A DNA stretch of 64,000 nt, taken from the NCBI GenBank assembly GCA_965238175.1, contig CBDEGZ010000003.1, forward strand, positions 3,268,876-3,332,875, in the 5' to 3' direction. Within the stretch, counting starts at the first letter, position 1; each line of letters starts with the position of its first letter. Below are positions 41,396-52,910 of the stretch, in pieces. Under the pieces are notes generated by a model. The model did no database searches, was not told where the DNA came from, and saw only the letters and a program-made list of their open reading frames with translations. The DNA is from Gammaproteobacteria bacterium (GTDB lineage Bacteria > Pseudomonadota > Gammaproteobacteria > CAJXQU01). Position numbers and translations under genes: made by a program.

Positions 41396-43633
41396 ATGCT
41401 GAAACAACGAAATAACCATGATTTCAACGGTAACACGACTAGGGTTAATGACCTGCCTCTAAGTGAGTGGGAACCGATCAAAAATTTGCCAAGCCGACAT
41501 CAGGACGAGATCCTCAACCGAACTCAAATCATCGAATACAATACTGGCGATATTATTTTTATGATCAATGATGATGACGGTAACGATTACTACCTCCTCA
41601 GCGGTTCCATTGAGCTCATCGATCAACAAAATAATCAGGTTCAGTTATTACAACATTCTGGACAAAACGAACTTGAAACTATCGATCACAATAAGCCTCG
41701 AATTTTTTCAGCTAGAGTCAAACAAAACTGTAAGGTTTTCGTAACACGTCAAACGTTTTTCGGAACAATAAACTCTGGCAGACAGCAAATGCATGTACCC
41801 AAGTTAGAGGTTGACGAAGTTGATATGGAAAGCTCTAGCAACTGGATGTTGCGCATGTTGAACTCCAGTATTTTCTCAGGACTAACGCCAGCAAGCTTGC
41901 AACAAATTTTTGTTCAATTAGATACCATCCAAGTTACAGATGGAGAAAGAATCATTCAACAGGGTGAGAACGGTGAATTCTTCTACCTAATCCAACATGG
42001 AAATTGTGCGATCACCCGACGTTCCAAAGGTGGTGACACTAAGATCCTTACCCAGTTAGGTCCTGAGGGATTCTTCGGAGAGCGATCAATTTTATCTGGA
42101 ACACCTTCAGATGTAGGCATTGAAATGCTTTCAGACGGCATTTTAATGAGAGTACCTGCAGATGTTTTCAACAACACTATAAAAACCAACCTTAATCGAG
42201 TCAGTGTTGATAAAGCTAATGCATTAATTGCAGAAGGAGCCGATTGGTTAGATGTAAGAGATGCGAGTCTGTATCGACAAAAAAGGATCAAAAATAGTAC
42301 CAACCTGAATTTAGATAATCTTTATACAACCACAAAAGACCTCAATCCTAATAAGAAATTTGTTATTTGTGGAGAATCTGAATCCCATGCAATGGCAACT
42401 GCATTTCTACTTTCTAGTAAAGGTTTTACTGTTTGCTCATTGAAAACGAGTGTAGATGAGTATCTTAAACTAGAACCGGATAAAAGCGTCACTACAGAAC
42501 TGGTAGAAGAACTGAAAAAACCTGCTCCAGCGTTAGAAATTACGCCTAAAGAGAACGCAGGTGCGGTCTTGAAAGATACGAGAAGACCTCCGGAAAGAGC
42601 AGAGGCTCCTCAAGAAAGAAAGATTAATCCTGAAACAGTGAGTGAAAAACCTGCTCCAGCGTTAGAAATTACGCCTAAAGAGAACGCAGGTGCGGTCTTG
42701 AAAGATACGAGAAGACCTCCGGAAAGAGCAGAGGCTCCTCAAGAAAGAAAGATTAATCCTGAAACAGTGAGTGAAAAACCTGCTCCAACGTTAGAAATTA
42801 CGCCTAAAGAGAACGCAGGTGCGGTCTTGAAAGATACGAGAAGACCTCCGGAAAGAGCAGAGGCTCCTCAAGAAAGAAAGATCAATCCTGAAACAGTGAG
42901 TGAAAAACCTGCTCCAGCGTTAGAAATTACGCCTAAAGAGAACGCAGGTGCGGTCTTGAAAGATACGAGAAGACCTCCAGAAAGAGCAGAGGCTCCTCAA
43001 GAAAGAAAGATTAATCCTGAAACAGTGAGTGAAAAACCTGCTCCAACGTTAGAAATTACGCCTAAAGAGAACGCAGGTGCGGTCTTGAAAGATACGAGAA
43101 GACCTCCGGAAAGAGCAGAGGCTCCTCAAGAAAGAAAGATTAATCCTGAAACAGTGAGTGAAAAACCTGCTCCAGCGTTAGAAATTACGCCTAAAGAGAA
43201 CGCAGGTGCGGTCTTGAAAGATACGAGAAGACCTCCAGAAAGAGCAGAGGCTCCTCAAGAAAGAAAGATTAATCCTGAAACAGTGAGTGAAAAACCTGCT
43301 CCAGCGTTAGAAATTACGCCTAAAGAGAACGCAGGCGCGGTCTTGAAAGATACGAGAAGACCTCCGGAAAGAGCAGAGGCTCCTCAAGAAAGAAAGATTA
43401 ATCCTGAAACAGTGAGTGAAAAACCTGCTCCAGCTTTTAGTGATGAGCATGAAACTGCTGCGAAAGGGTTATTTCATAGTTTAGAAAAGAAAATTCAGAA
43501 TGAAATAAATACACTTTTTATTAAAAAACAAAAAGAACTCGACAATGAAATCAATTTAACATTTCAAAAATATCATCTAGCCACCGCTAAATTAATAAAG
43601 AAAAAACTCACGGATCTTGAATCCAAGTCCTAG
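41396..43633 (+). CDS. Tandem cyclic-nucleotide-binding + rhodanese-like protein with repeat-expanded C-terminal linker
   Basis: Two cNMP-like domains (second: IIQQGENGEFFYLIQHG...GFFGERSIL), rhodanese-like WLDVRD...FVIC, 7 x 43-aa repeats, short helical tail. Confidence 0.8.
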   Translation: MLKQRNNHDFNGNTTRVNDLPLSEWEPIKNLPSRHQDEILNRTQIIEYNTGDIIFMINDDDGNDYYLLSGSIELIDQQNNQVQLLQHSGQNELETIDHNKPRIFSARVKQNCKVFVTRQTFFGTINSGRQQMHVPKLEVDEVDMESSSNWMLRMLNSSIFSGLTPASLQQIFVQLDTIQVTDGERIIQQGENGEFFYLIQHGNCAITRRSKGGDTKILTQLGPEGFFGERSILSGTPSDVGIEMLSDGILMRVPADVFNNTIKTNLNRVSVDKANALIAEGADWLDVRDASLYRQKRIKNSTNLNLDNLYTTTKDLNPNKKFVICGESESHAMATAFLLSSKGFTVCSLKTSVDEYLKLEPDKSVTTELVEELKKPAPALEITPKENAGAVLKDTRRPPERAEAPQERKINPETVSEKPAPALEITPKENAGAVLKDTRRPPERAEAPQERKINPETVSEKPAPTLEITPKENAGAVLKDTRRPPERAEAPQERKINPETVSEKPAPALEITPKENAGAVLKDTRRPPERAEAPQERKINPETVSEKPAPTLEITPKENAGAVLKDTRRPPERAEAPQERKINPETVSEKPAPALEITPKENAGAVLKDTRRPPERAEAPQERKINPETVSEKPAPALEITPKENAGAVLKDTRRPPERAEAPQERKINPETVSEKPAPAFSDEHETAAKGLFHSLEKKIQNEINTLFIKKQKELDNEINLTFQKYHLATAKLIKKKLTDLESKS
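42518..43434 (+). repeat. Intragenic 129-bp tandem repeat, 7 full units plus a partial unit
   Basis: CCTGCTCC recurs at 42521, 42650, 42779, 42908, 43037, 43166, 43295 and 43424; unit KPAP(A/T)LEITPKENAGAVLKDTRRPPERAEAPQERKINPETVSE. Confidence 0.97.
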
Positions 43634-43641
43634 CCATAATA

Positions 43642-44867
43642 TGTAGAAATTCAGATTTGATCTGACAGTTACCCAATTATCAGTAACCGACTGTCAGGTT
43701 AAGTTTAATTCACAAACTTTTCCTTCCAGATAGCTTGTCCGTCGATGAGTGTTTCCATCGGCGTCCTCCCGCAGCACATTTTGCCTTGGTGAGTTCGTTG
43801 AGTATTGTATTTGAGCAACCATTCGTCAAGGTCGAGTTGCAGTTCATCAATCGATTGGTAAATTTTCTTACGCAAAGCGACTTGATAAAACTCATTGAGG
43901 ATCGTCTTATGGAATCGCTCACAAATACCATTCGTCTGAGGTGATTTGACCTTGGTTTTGGTGTGTTCGATATTGTTCAACGCCATATAAAGCTGATAAT
44001 CATGCTGGTCAGCTCGCCCACAATACTCCGTCCCTCTATCTGTCAAAATGCGCAACATAGGCAAACGTTGTTGTTCGTAGAATGGGAGGACGCGGTCATT
44101 GAGCATGTCAGCTGCCGTAATCGGTGTTTTAGTCGGGTACAGTTTCGCGTGAGCGACCTTGCTGTAAGTATCAACAAACGTTTGTTGATAAACCCGACCA
44201 ATGCCTTTGAAAGTACCGACATAGTAAGTATCTTGCGAGCCAAGATAACCAGGGTGTGCCGTTTCTATCTCGCCACAAGCCTCATCGTCGTCTTTTTTGC
44301 GTTCCATCGCCGCGACTTGAGACTCAGTGAGGATCAAGCCTTCACCAGCTACCTTATCAGACAATGCCTTCAGGCGATCTTTAAAGCAAGCAAGACCATG
44401 ACGAAGCCAGATACAACGAACGCCACTGGGTGAGACAAATGTTCCCCGTTTGCGCAGCTCGTTACTGGTGCGCGTTTGACCATGTGCGGGCTCTTCCAGT
44501 GCATACTCGAGCACAACGGTTTCAATAGCCGGGTCGATTCTGTTTTTAAGATTTGGGGTACGCCGATTACGATCAAACAAGGCTTCTACACCGCCTTCAT
44601 CAGCCGCTTCTTTGTAGCGATAAAATGTATCTCTGGACAAACCCATCATCTTGCAGGCTTTTGAGACATTGCCGAGTTCTTCAGCGAGATTGAGTAGACC
44701 AACTTTATGTTTTATAACTTTGTCATTAGTATGAATCATGAGAGTTACCTCTTTGTGTTTTGATGTTTACGTTGCAGTTACATCAAAGCGGGTAACTCTC
44801 ACTAAATCAAGCGTCGCTACGCTCCGCTTGATTTAGTGATGTGTCAGATTGGGTCTAAACTTCTACA
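43642..44867 (-). mobile_element. IS481-family element, copy 2 (1226 bp, 7-bp TSD CATAATA)
   Basis: Reverse complement of copy 1; CATAATA at 43635-43641 and 44868-44874. Confidence 0.95.
43705..44739 (-). CDS. IS481-family transposase
   Basis: 344 aa, one residue different from copy 1 (FYEQQ vs FYEEQ). Confidence 0.95.
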   Translation of the reverse strand: MIHTNDKVIKHKVGLLNLAEELGNVSKACKMMGLSRDTFYRYKEAADEGGVEALFDRNRRTPNLKNRIDPAIETVVLEYALEEPAHGQTRTSNELRKRGTFVSPSGVRCIWLRHGLACFKDRLKALSDKVAGEGLILTESQVAAMERKKDDDEACGEIETAHPGYLGSQDTYYVGTFKGIGRVYQQTFVDTYSKVAHAKLYPTKTPITAADMLNDRVLPFYEQQRLPMLRILTDRGTEYCGRADQHDYQLYMALNNIEHTKTKVKSPQTNGICERFHKTILNEFYQVALRKKIYQSIDELQLDLDEWLLKYNTQRTHQGKMCCGRTPMETLIDGQAIWKEKFVN

Positions 44868-44928
44868 CATAATAAAAAAAACTACCCAACGAACTAACTC
44901 CGCTGGGTAAGTTTCGGTATCTAAAGAT

Positions 44929-45378
44929 TTATGACTGAACGGTAATTTTCTGGGGTTGCACCTTTTCTTGTTTTGGGATCACAATCTCCAAAACGCCATT
45001 ACTACTTTTTGCCTCAACAAGACTTACATCAGCTGTTTCGGGCAAACTAAATTGGCGGTAAAAACGACCACAAATTCTTTCTCTGCGATGAAAACCATCG
45101 AGTTCTTCTTCGCTTTCCTGTTTGCGTTCACCTTTTAAAATCAAAATACCTTCATCCATTGTGATATCAATATCTTCAGCGGCAATACCAGGCAAATCCA
45201 CCGCCAAGAGATATTGACCTTTTGTTTCTTTAATATCGACAGAAGGTGACCAATGTCTCGTTACCGTTCTCGAATTACCGAGTTGCCTATTTTCTGCATC
45301 GTTTCCTTCTAACAAATTGTTTACATTGTCCTGGAGTTGTCCAAATAAACTTAGGGGTTGATAATGTGTTAGTAACAT
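44929..45378 (-). CDS. Small heat-shock protein (Hsp20/alpha-crystallin)
   Basis: WSPSVDIKE...DLPG....DIDI...ILKGER...RRER..GRFYRQFSLP...NGVLEIVIPK. Confidence 0.93.
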   Translation of the reverse strand: MLLTHYQPLSLFGQLQDNVNNLLEGNDAENRQLGNSRTVTRHWSPSVDIKETKGQYLLAVDLPGIAAEDIDITMDEGILILKGERKQESEEELDGFHRRERICGRFYRQFSLPETADVSLVEAKSSNGVLEIVIPKQEKVQPQKITVQS

Positions 45379-45414
45379 GTTTTTTCACCTCGTTAATTGT
45401 GTCTACAAAAAACA

Positions 45415-45442
45415 AGATGGCGATGTCTGATTAAATTTCAAG
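45415..45442 (-). promoter_or_regulatory. Sigma-32 heat-shock promoter for hsp20
   Basis: Minus strand CTTGAAA-N13-CGCCATCT versus consensus CTTGAA-N13/14-CCCCATnT. Confidence 0.7.
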
Positions 45443-45483
45443 AGCAGTAGTTTAGTTCAGAGAAATGATCTAAATCAGAAAAT

Positions 45484-46131
45484 TTAGATCCAGCAGGCAA
45501 GTGTGGTCATGACTTTCGATTGTAAGGTCATCAATTTTTTGATCGGAACAGGAAGCTCAGCGGCTCCTGATTCCAAAGCAACATTGGCGTGGTGTAACTC
45601 ATCTTTTTTCATCTGCTCTAGCACTGCACGCCCCTTTTGATCGGCGGGTGATAATTTTTCGAGATGTTCATCCAAATGTCGCACAACTTGATCTTCAGTT
45701 TCCACAACAAATCCCAAACTCCACTTATCTCCAGCTAACCCTGCAACAAGTCCTGTTGTGAATGAACCGAGATACCAGAAAGTATTAAGGTAGCTTTTAT
45801 GTCCACCTAAATCCGCCAATCTGGACTCACACCAAATAAGATGATCATTTTCTTCAATAGCGGATCGCATCATTCGTTCTCGAACTGATTTATCGCGGGC
45901 CACAAGAGCTTGTCCCTGATAAAGTGCCTGCGCACTAACTTCTCCAGCATGATTCACCCTGAAGAGCCTTTCGCTCTTACATCGGTCAAGTTCATTAAGC
46001 TCTTGTTTTTTATGGCTTTCGCCTGGGGTTTTTCGCCCTGTTGAAAGCGGTTCTCCGAACAGTGTCTGTAGTCCATTATCGAAACTGATAATCAACTGAT
46101 CAACTATTCCACTACTCAAGTTGTGACCCAT
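45484..46131 (-). CDS. coq7: Demethoxyubiquinone hydroxylase Coq7
   Basis: [42 protein letters not shown] di-iron motifs. Confidence 0.93.
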   Translation of the reverse strand: MGHNLSSGIVDQLIISFDNGLQTLFGEPLSTGRKTPGESHKKQELNELDRCKSERLFRVNHAGEVSAQALYQGQALVARDKSVRERMMRSAIEENDHLIWCESRLADLGGHKSYLNTFWYLGSFTTGLVAGLAGDKWSLGFVVETEDQVVRHLDEHLEKLSPADQKGRAVLEQMKKDELHHANVALESGAAELPVPIKKLMTLQSKVMTTLACWI

Positions 46132-46153
46132 GATAAAATTCCTTCAGAAGCCA

Positions 46154-46182
46154 TTGACATGCCCTTCTGTAATCCGTAGTAT
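46154..46182 (+). promoter_or_regulatory. Sigma-70 promoter of rplM-rpsI
   Basis: TTGACA-17 nt-TAGTAT followed by GC-containing discriminator TTCGCC. Confidence 0.75.
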
Positions 46183-46219
46183 TTCGCCTCTTTTTAATTC
46201 GATCTGGAACGCCATAATA

Positions 46220-46648
46220 ATGGGAACGTTTACCGCAAAACCAGCAGAAGTTCAACGTGACTGGTTCGTCATCGATGCCACTGATAAAGTGCTCGGTAGA
46301 CTCGCCACGGAAGTCGCTAATCGATTACGTGGAAAACACAAACCTATATATACACCTCATGTGGATACGGGCGACTATATCATTATTATCAACGCAGAAA
46401 AAATCCGCGTAACTGGCAATAAAGCAAAGGATAAAATATATCACCACCACACAGGTTTCCCTGGTGGTATTAAATCAATCTCCTTTGATCAACAGATCGA
46501 TAAAGCGCCTGAAAGAGTTATCCAAAGTGCTGTGAAAGGCATGTTACCCAAAGGTCCTCTAGGACGTGACATGTTTCGCAAACTGAAAATCTATGCGGGC
46601 CCTGAGCATCAACACACAGCTCAACAACCACAACCTCTGGAAATTTAA
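46220..46648 (+). CDS. rplM: 50S ribosomal protein L13
   Basis: ATG at 46220 gives 142 aa; [33 protein letters not shown]. Confidence 0.98.
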   Translation: MGTFTAKPAEVQRDWFVIDATDKVLGRLATEVANRLRGKHKPIYTPHVDTGDYIIIINAEKIRVTGNKAKDKIYHHHTGFPGGIKSISFDQQIDKAPERVIQSAVKGMLPKGPLGRDMFRKLKIYAGPEHQHTAQQPQPLEI

Positions 46649-46650
46649 AC

Positions 46651-47043
46651 ATGGCAGAACAAATTTATTACGGTACGGGTCGTCGCAAAAGCTCTACTGC
46701 ACGCGTTTTTATTAAAAAAGGTTCTGGCAGCATAACCATTAACAAACGAACTCTCGAAGAGTATTTTGGTCGTGACACTGCACGTATGATTGTTCGTCAG
46801 CCATTAGAAACTATCGAAATGGTGGAAGGGTTTGATATCAATTGTACTGTTGTTGGAGGTGGTATTTCAGGTCAAGCTGGTGCAATTCGACACGGTATCA
46901 CTCGCGCCTTGATGGCATATGAAGGCGAACTCCGGGTTCCCCTTCGTAAAGCGGGTTTCGTTACACGAGATGCACGCGCTGTAGAACGCAAAAAGGTTGG
47001 CCTACACAAAGCGCGTAAGCGTCCTCAATTCTCGAAACGTTAA
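46651..47043 (+). CDS. rpsI: 30S ribosomal protein S9
   Basis: [38 protein letters not shown]. Confidence 0.99.
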   Translation: MAEQIYYGTGRRKSSTARVFIKKGSGSITINKRTLEEYFGRDTARMIVRQPLETIEMVEGFDINCTVVGGGISGQAGAIRHGITRALMAYEGELRVPLRKAGFVTRDARAVERKKVGLHKARKRPQFSKR

Positions 47044-47340
47044 TCTATATCCCTACCTGAAGTTGCTGAATAACAACAGCAACCTCAGGTAGCGCCATTA
47101 CTCTGTTTCAATCTGTTCTCTAGTTAATCAAAATAAACCTCTGCAAAACAGAATGCCGACTGGCTAAACCTAATTCTCAGTAATCGCCAAAACTTGATCT
47201 TTATTAATCCAAACCACATATCTTTATCTGTCTTAGTCACAAACTACACTTACACTATGTAAATACTCATAGAAAATTTTAAACAAAAGTCGTAGGGTGT
47301 TAAACTTTCACCTATACATTGACGCTATATACTCAACAAA

Positions 47341-49506
47341 TTGGCTAGATTTAACTTAACTGTTGCACTAAAAATTATGAAGAGAATACTGACTGTATCG
47401 ACATTGTTTGCACTCGTTGTTTGGATTCAAACAAGTCACTCGCTGACCAAAGAGATTGAACTTGATGATCTAACACCGACACTTGCACATAAAAGAGCGA
47501 TAGATCTGATCACCTCTTTTATTAGTAATTATCATTACAAAAAGACTCCTCTTGATGATCAATTATCGGAGCAAATTCTCGACAGGTATCTGGAATCTCT
47601 TGATCCAAACCGCTCTTATTTTATCCTTGAAGATATTTCGAAGTTTGAAAAATATAGAGATCAGTTAGATGATTCACTTCGAAATGCAGATCTTCATCCA
47701 GCCTACGAGATTTTCAAAGTCTTCAGGAAACGAGTAGACCAGAGAGTCAATTTTGCTTTACAGCAGTTGGATAAAAAACAAGACTTCACTGTTGATGAAA
47801 GTTACATTTTTGATCGTAAAGATGCTCCTTGGGCCAGTGATCTAGCAATGCTGGACGAGTTATGGAGAAAACGTCTCAAAAACGATGTACTGAGCCTCAA
47901 ACTTTCAGATAAAAAACCGGATGAGCTTCATGATCTTTTGAAAAAACGTTATGAAAGCTTGACACGCCGTACACATCAAATTAATTCAGAAGATGTGTTT
48001 CAGTACTTCATGAATTCATATACCACCAGTATCGAACCTCATACATCCTACTTTTCTCCTAGAACATCAGAGAATTTTGATATTCAAATGCGGTTATCTT
48101 TGGAAGGGATAGGAGCCGTTTTACAATCCGAAGATGAACACACAATGATCAAAGAAATCATTGTTGGAGGGCCGGCCGATCTGGATAAAAAATTAAAAGC
48201 TGAAGATAAAATTGTTGGCGTAGGTCAAGGCATAGAAGGGCCTGTTGTTGATGTTGTCGGTTGGCGACTTGATGATGTCGTCGATTTGATCCGCGGTCCA
48301 AAAGGTAGTCATGTACGGCTCGAGATCATTCCAAAAACTGCGGGTGCAAGTGGTGCAAGAGAAGTCCTCACCCTAAAACGTAATAAGATTAATCTTGAAG
48401 AACAAGCGGCGAAAAGCTACTTGCTGGAGCTACCAGTCGCAAATTCAGACTCTGTTAAAAAAATCGGTATTATTGATCTTCCAACGTTCTATCTTGATTT
48501 TGCTGCTCTATCTCGAGGTGAAAGGGATTATCGCAGCAGCACACGAGACGTTAAGCTTTTAATTAATCAATTACGCAAAGAAAATATTGAAGGTTTAATC
48601 ATTGATCTTCGTAGTAACGGTGGCGGTTCGTTGCTGGAGGCAACAAGCTTAACCGGTTTATTTATTGAAACAGGCCCTGTTGTTCAAGTAAAAGACGCAA
48701 TTGGACGCATCGAAATAAACGATGATTCTGACCCAACAATTGCCTATACAGGACCATTGGCTGTATTAGTTGATCGTTACAGTGCCTCAGCCTCAGAAAT
48801 TTTTGCTGGAGCAATTCAAGATTACCAACGTGGCGTCATCATCGGCGAACCGACTTTTGGGAAAGGAACGGTTCAAAATCTAATCGATTTAAATAAATAT
48901 GATGACCGTTCTGAAAATACACTTGGCCATCTAAAAACAACCATTGCACAATTCTTCCGTGTCAGTGGCAACAGTACTCAGCATCGTGGCGTGGTACCCG
49001 ATTTTATCTACCCTACCGGACGTGAAAACGCTGATTATGGTGAAAGTGCTTATGAAAATGCACTTCCCTGGTCCAGTGTGAAACCCGCCACCTTCCGTGC
49101 AGCACTGGCACCTATCGAGGCTTTTGCTATTGTTCGAGGACAACACGAGCAAAGGATAGCAGAAGATCCCGCTTTCAAATTATTAATTGAAGAAATTGAA
49201 TCGATAAAAATTCTACAAGAAAGAGATACTGTCTCCTTAAGTGAAAAAATTCGCCGGTCTGAACTTGATGATAACGAGCAAAAAAGTAAGGAATTAGAGG
49301 AACGCCATAAAGTCATTGCTAAATCTCTACCGACATTAATCAAACATAAAAACCATAACAAAAAAGCTGAAGTAAAATCGGAAGATGATTCTGAAGCACC
49401 AGAAAAAGAAGATATTCTATTAATTGAAGCAGCCCGGATTCTACAAGATTTGATCAACGAACGGACGCAACCTTCAACTAAACCACAGCTTGTTAATAAG
49501 AATTAA
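47341..49506 (+). CDS. prc: Tail-specific (carboxy-terminal processing) protease
   Basis: HYKK..LDD..S, PHTSYFSP, PDZ (LEGIGAVL), DLRSNGGGSL, SASASEIFAG, FGKGTVQ; likely start ATG at 47377. Confidence 0.95.
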   Translation: MARFNLTVALKIMKRILTVSTLFALVVWIQTSHSLTKEIELDDLTPTLAHKRAIDLITSFISNYHYKKTPLDDQLSEQILDRYLESLDPNRSYFILEDISKFEKYRDQLDDSLRNADLHPAYEIFKVFRKRVDQRVNFALQQLDKKQDFTVDESYIFDRKDAPWASDLAMLDELWRKRLKNDVLSLKLSDKKPDELHDLLKKRYESLTRRTHQINSEDVFQYFMNSYTTSIEPHTSYFSPRTSENFDIQMRLSLEGIGAVLQSEDEHTMIKEIIVGGPADLDKKLKAEDKIVGVGQGIEGPVVDVVGWRLDDVVDLIRGPKGSHVRLEIIPKTAGASGAREVLTLKRNKINLEEQAAKSYLLELPVANSDSVKKIGIIDLPTFYLDFAALSRGERDYRSSTRDVKLLINQLRKENIEGLIIDLRSNGGGSLLEATSLTGLFIETGPVVQVKDAIGRIEINDDSDPTIAYTGPLAVLVDRYSASASEIFAGAIQDYQRGVIIGEPTFGKGTVQNLIDLNKYDDRSENTLGHLKTTIAQFFRVSGNSTQHRGVVPDFIYPTGRENADYGESAYENALPWSSVKPATFRAALAPIEAFAIVRGQHEQRIAEDPAFKLLIEEIESIKILQERDTVSLSEKIRRSELDDNEQKSKELEERHKVIAKSLPTLIKHKNHNKKAEVKSEDDSEAPEKEDILLIEAARILQDLINERTQPSTKPQLVNKN

Positions 49507-49513
49507 TTATTTT

Positions 49514-50674
49514 TTAAGAAAAAAGCTCCAGAAGATCATTTAAAAAAAGTCGACCCTTTTGTGTTGGTTTTATCCGTTGTTCATTTTTATCAATTAGACC
49601 TTTTTGATAAGCTTTTTCCATTTTTTGATCAAGATAAGATAATGGAAGTTCTGTCCTTGATTCAAATTCTTCTAACAAAAAACCATCATTTAAACGCAGT
49701 GCATTCATCATAAATTCTAAAACAATATCTTCTTTATTCAGAGTTCGGCATTCAATAAATTGCTTAGGTTCACTTAAATATTGTTTAGGATGTCGGGGTT
49801 TAGAAAATCGCTCAATTTTGTGAAAGTCCAGATTTGTTATTTTGCTGTGCGCACCTGCACCAATGCCTAAATAATCTCCAAATATCCAGTAATTAATATT
49901 GTGCTGACATTGATTTTTTTTTGTCGCATAAGCCGAGATTCTCATATTGCCGAAATCCTGCCTGCGCCAGTAATGATTGCCCAGCATCTTGCATCTCCCA
50001 AAATAAGATCATCGTTCGGTAAAAATTGGTCGTTGTCGATAAAATAAAGTGTTCGGCTCCATCGTCAACTGATACCAAGAAACATGTTCTGGTTTCAAAC
50101 TAAGTGCCTGTTCCAGATCAAACAAGCTTCCTTCAAGCGTATCCTTCGGTAATCCAAACATCAGATCAATATTGATATTTTTCAAAGCCAGCATCGCGAG
50201 CGATATTAAACGCAGTAATCACTTCACTGGATGCATGGATACGACCTAGTTCTTTTAATTGTGGATCACGAAAACTTTGCGCGCCGATCGAAAGTCGATT
50301 TATTCCTGATTTTATATACTGATAAAAAATGATCAGAATCGGACCGTTTCCTGGATTCGCTTCTAAGGTGATTTTCGGCTTCACTTGAAAACAGATATTC
50401 TTTGGTCAAGTTTAGTCAAGAATTGATCAATCCCTGCACCACTGATCAAACTCGGGGTTCCACCGCCAAAAAATATACTTTTGATCGATCGATCAAAATT
50501 TAAACTTGAAATATGTGCTATAGAATGATCAAGATCCTTTAATAAAGCATCAATATAATGTTGTTCAGGGATGGGATCTTCTTTTATCGCATGGGAATTA
50601 AAATCGCAATATGGACATTTTTTGAAACACACCAGGGAAAAATGCACATAGAGACTCAGTGGAATTTCAGACAT
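49514..50674 (-). CDS. hemW: Radical SAM heme chaperone HemW, split by several frameshifts (probably sequencing errors)
   Basis: Consecutive fragments: [87 protein letters not shown]. Confidence 0.85.
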
Positions 50675-51263
50675 TAAGTTTTTGCACTAACTCCCGCAAT
50701 GCTTTTTCCGCGATGACTAAGCTGATTTTTTTATTTCTGGTAACAACTGTGCTGAAGAACATCCTTGTTCGGGAACATAAAAAGACCGGATCATAACCAA
50801 ACCCATTTTCACCCGTAGGTTGCCGCAGTAAACGCCCTTCCCAACTCCCATGACAAATAAGCGGCGTCGGATCAGCTGCAAACCTCATTAGAACAATGAC
50901 ACAATGAAATCGGCATTGACGATTGTCATCATCAACTTCTCGCATTTCAAAAAGTAACTTATTTAAATTTTCTTTATCAGTCGCTTCTTCACCAGCATAA
51001 CGCGCCGAATAAATTCCTGGTTCACCATTTAATGCATCGACTTCGATTCCAGAATCATCTGCAATCGCAGGTAGGCCCGTTTTCTCAGTAACATAACGTG
51101 CTTTGAGAATGGCATTTTCGACGAATGTAAGACCCGTTTCTTCAGGTGTTTGCAGATCAAATTCTGATTGTGCAGCGATCTCAATTTTCTGATCCGCTAG
51201 CATTAACTTTAATTCTTTTAACTTACCTCGATTACCACTGGCTAATACAATTTTTTGCAGCAT
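50667..51263 (-). CDS. rdgB: dITP/XTP pyrophosphatase (C-terminus scrambled by three +1 homopolymer insertions)
   Basis: [45 protein letters not shown]; the conserved SHRG is present in a shifted frame. Confidence 0.9.
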   Translation of the reverse strand: MLQKIVLASGNRGKLKELKLMLADQKIEIAAQSEFDLQTPEETGLTFVENAILKARYVTEKTGLPAIADDSGIEVDALNGEPGIYSARYAGEEATDKENLNKLLFEMREVDDDNRQCRFHCVIVLMRFAADPTPLICHGSWEGRLLRQPTGENGFGYDPVFLCSRTRMFFSTVVTRNKKISLVIAEKALRELVQKLNV

Positions 51264-51268
51264 CAGAC

Positions 51269-51995
51269 TTATTCAGCCAACACCTTACGCTGCAGATCAA
51301 TAATTGTACTGATACCATCTTTTGCCAGATCAAGCATCGCCTGTAGTTCATCCATCCGAAATGCATGACCTTCTGCCGTACCTTGAACTTCAATAAAAAC
51401 TTCCTGCCTCATTCATCACAACATTCATATCCGTCTCAGCATTTGAATCTTCAGCATAATCCAGATCAAGCACCGGTTGCCCTTCATAAATACCGACGGA
51501 AATCGAAGCAACCATTCCATGAGTTGGATCTGCTTTGATTAATTGTTTACTGATCAGTGTATTAATAGCATCCATCATCGCAACATAAGCACCGGTGATC
51601 GATGCCGTTCGAGTTCCGCCATCAGCCTGAATGACATCACAATCGATCAAAATTGTTCTTTCGCCTAAGGCATTAAGATCAACGATTGCACGCAACGAAC
51701 GACCAATTAAACGTTGTATCTCTAAAGTCCGACCTCCTTGCTTACCGACAGAAGCTTCGCGGCGCATACGGCTGTTTGTTGAACGCGGCAACATTCCATA
51801 TTCGGCGGTTACCCAGCCTTGGTCTTTACCACGTAAAAACGGCGGTACTTTTTCTTCGACCGTCGCATTACACAATACTTTTGTATCACCAAACTCGACC
51901 AACACAGAACCTTCGGCATGGCGGGTATAATTTCGCGTAAAAGAAATTGATCTTAATTCATCCTGACTTCTGCCACTTGGTCGCATATTGTGCAT
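51269..51995 (-). CDS. rph: Ribonuclease PH (one +1 frameshift near 51395)
   Basis: [35 protein letters not shown]. After removing one T the frame continues [13 protein letters not shown]...QRKVLAE* to 51269. Confidence 0.93.
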
Positions 51996-52033
51996 CCTTA
52001 TTTTGATTTGAATAAAAAAAACGTGATTATAGA

Positions 52034-52822
52034 CTAGGATCGATTTTTCTTCGCGGCTTTATCACCCGAGTTATTGGCCAACTTCCAAACCATCTTCTGA
52101 CTTGCGGTTAACAAACCACGCATAATCTGTACTTCACTTTGCTCCATTGAACATCGATTAAACAAACGTCGAAAACGATGCATTAAATGTTTTGGATTTT
52201 TCGGATCAAAAAATTCGATATCGATCATGGTTTTCTCAAGATGTTCGTAGAAGTTCTCCAGTTGTTCTGACGTTGCCAGTGATGCATGATCAACAACATT
52301 CATTTCATTTTGATCTACATCAAGATCAAGGATCGCCCGACGAATTTCGTAAACCAAAATCTGAACCGCAGCAGCCAGATTTAATGAACTAAAACCCTTC
52401 TCGGTTGGAATCATAACCGCTGCCTGGCAATGCGACAGCTCTTCATTGCTTAAGCCCGAGCGTTCGTGCCCAAACACCAGCGCACATTCATTTTCACTGG
52501 CAAGACCAACCACCTTCTCAGCCATTTCTGCTGGTTTCATAATCGGCCATTGCATCGAACGCGTTCTTGCAGTGGTCGCAACCACCATCCCACAACCCGT
52601 TAATGCTTCAGGCAAACTCGAACAAACCTGAGCGCTGGCTAAAATATCATCCGCCCCAGATGCTCTGGCAGTCGCTTCATGATCAGGAAACTTTTTCGGT
52701 AATACTAAAAACAAACGCGATAAACCCATCGTCTTCATCGCACGTGCAGCAGCCCCAATATTACCCGGGTGTGAGGTTCCAACAAGAACAATTCGAATAT
52801 TTAAAAAATAATTTTTATTCAT
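52034..52822 (-). CDS. trmJ: tRNA (cytidine/uridine-2'-O)-methyltransferase
   Basis: [46 protein letters not shown]; divergent from suhB. Confidence 0.95.
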   Translation of the reverse strand: MNKNYFLNIRIVLVGTSHPGNIGAAARAMKTMGLSRLFLVLPKKFPDHEATARASGADDILASAQVCSSLPEALTGCGMVVATTARTRSMQWPIMKPAEMAEKVVGLASENECALVFGHERSGLSNEELSHCQAAVMIPTEKGFSSLNLAAAVQILVYEIRRAILDLDVDQNEMNVVDHASLATSEQLENFYEHLEKTMIDIEFFDPKNPKHLMHRFRRLFNRCSMEQSEVQIMRGLLTASQKMVWKLANNSGDKAAKKNRS

Positions 52823-52910
52823 TTGAATATAATACCGTGAATCCTGATCAAGATTAGATTAAAATTATCCATTCGACGTTCCAATGTTCTTTTCAAAATG
52901 AGATTTTGCT

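Noticed and set aside
42518-43434. Regular repeat array that might be CRISPR
   Set aside because: Units are contiguous 129-bp near-identical in-frame coding repeats with no unique spacers, and there are no cas genes.
46130-46219. Apparent N-terminal extensions on RplM (also RpoZ, PhaB2, phasin 1, Slp)
   Set aside because: The ORF track uses the longest start. The extensions overlap promoters or lack an RBS, and downstream ATGs give family-typical starts.
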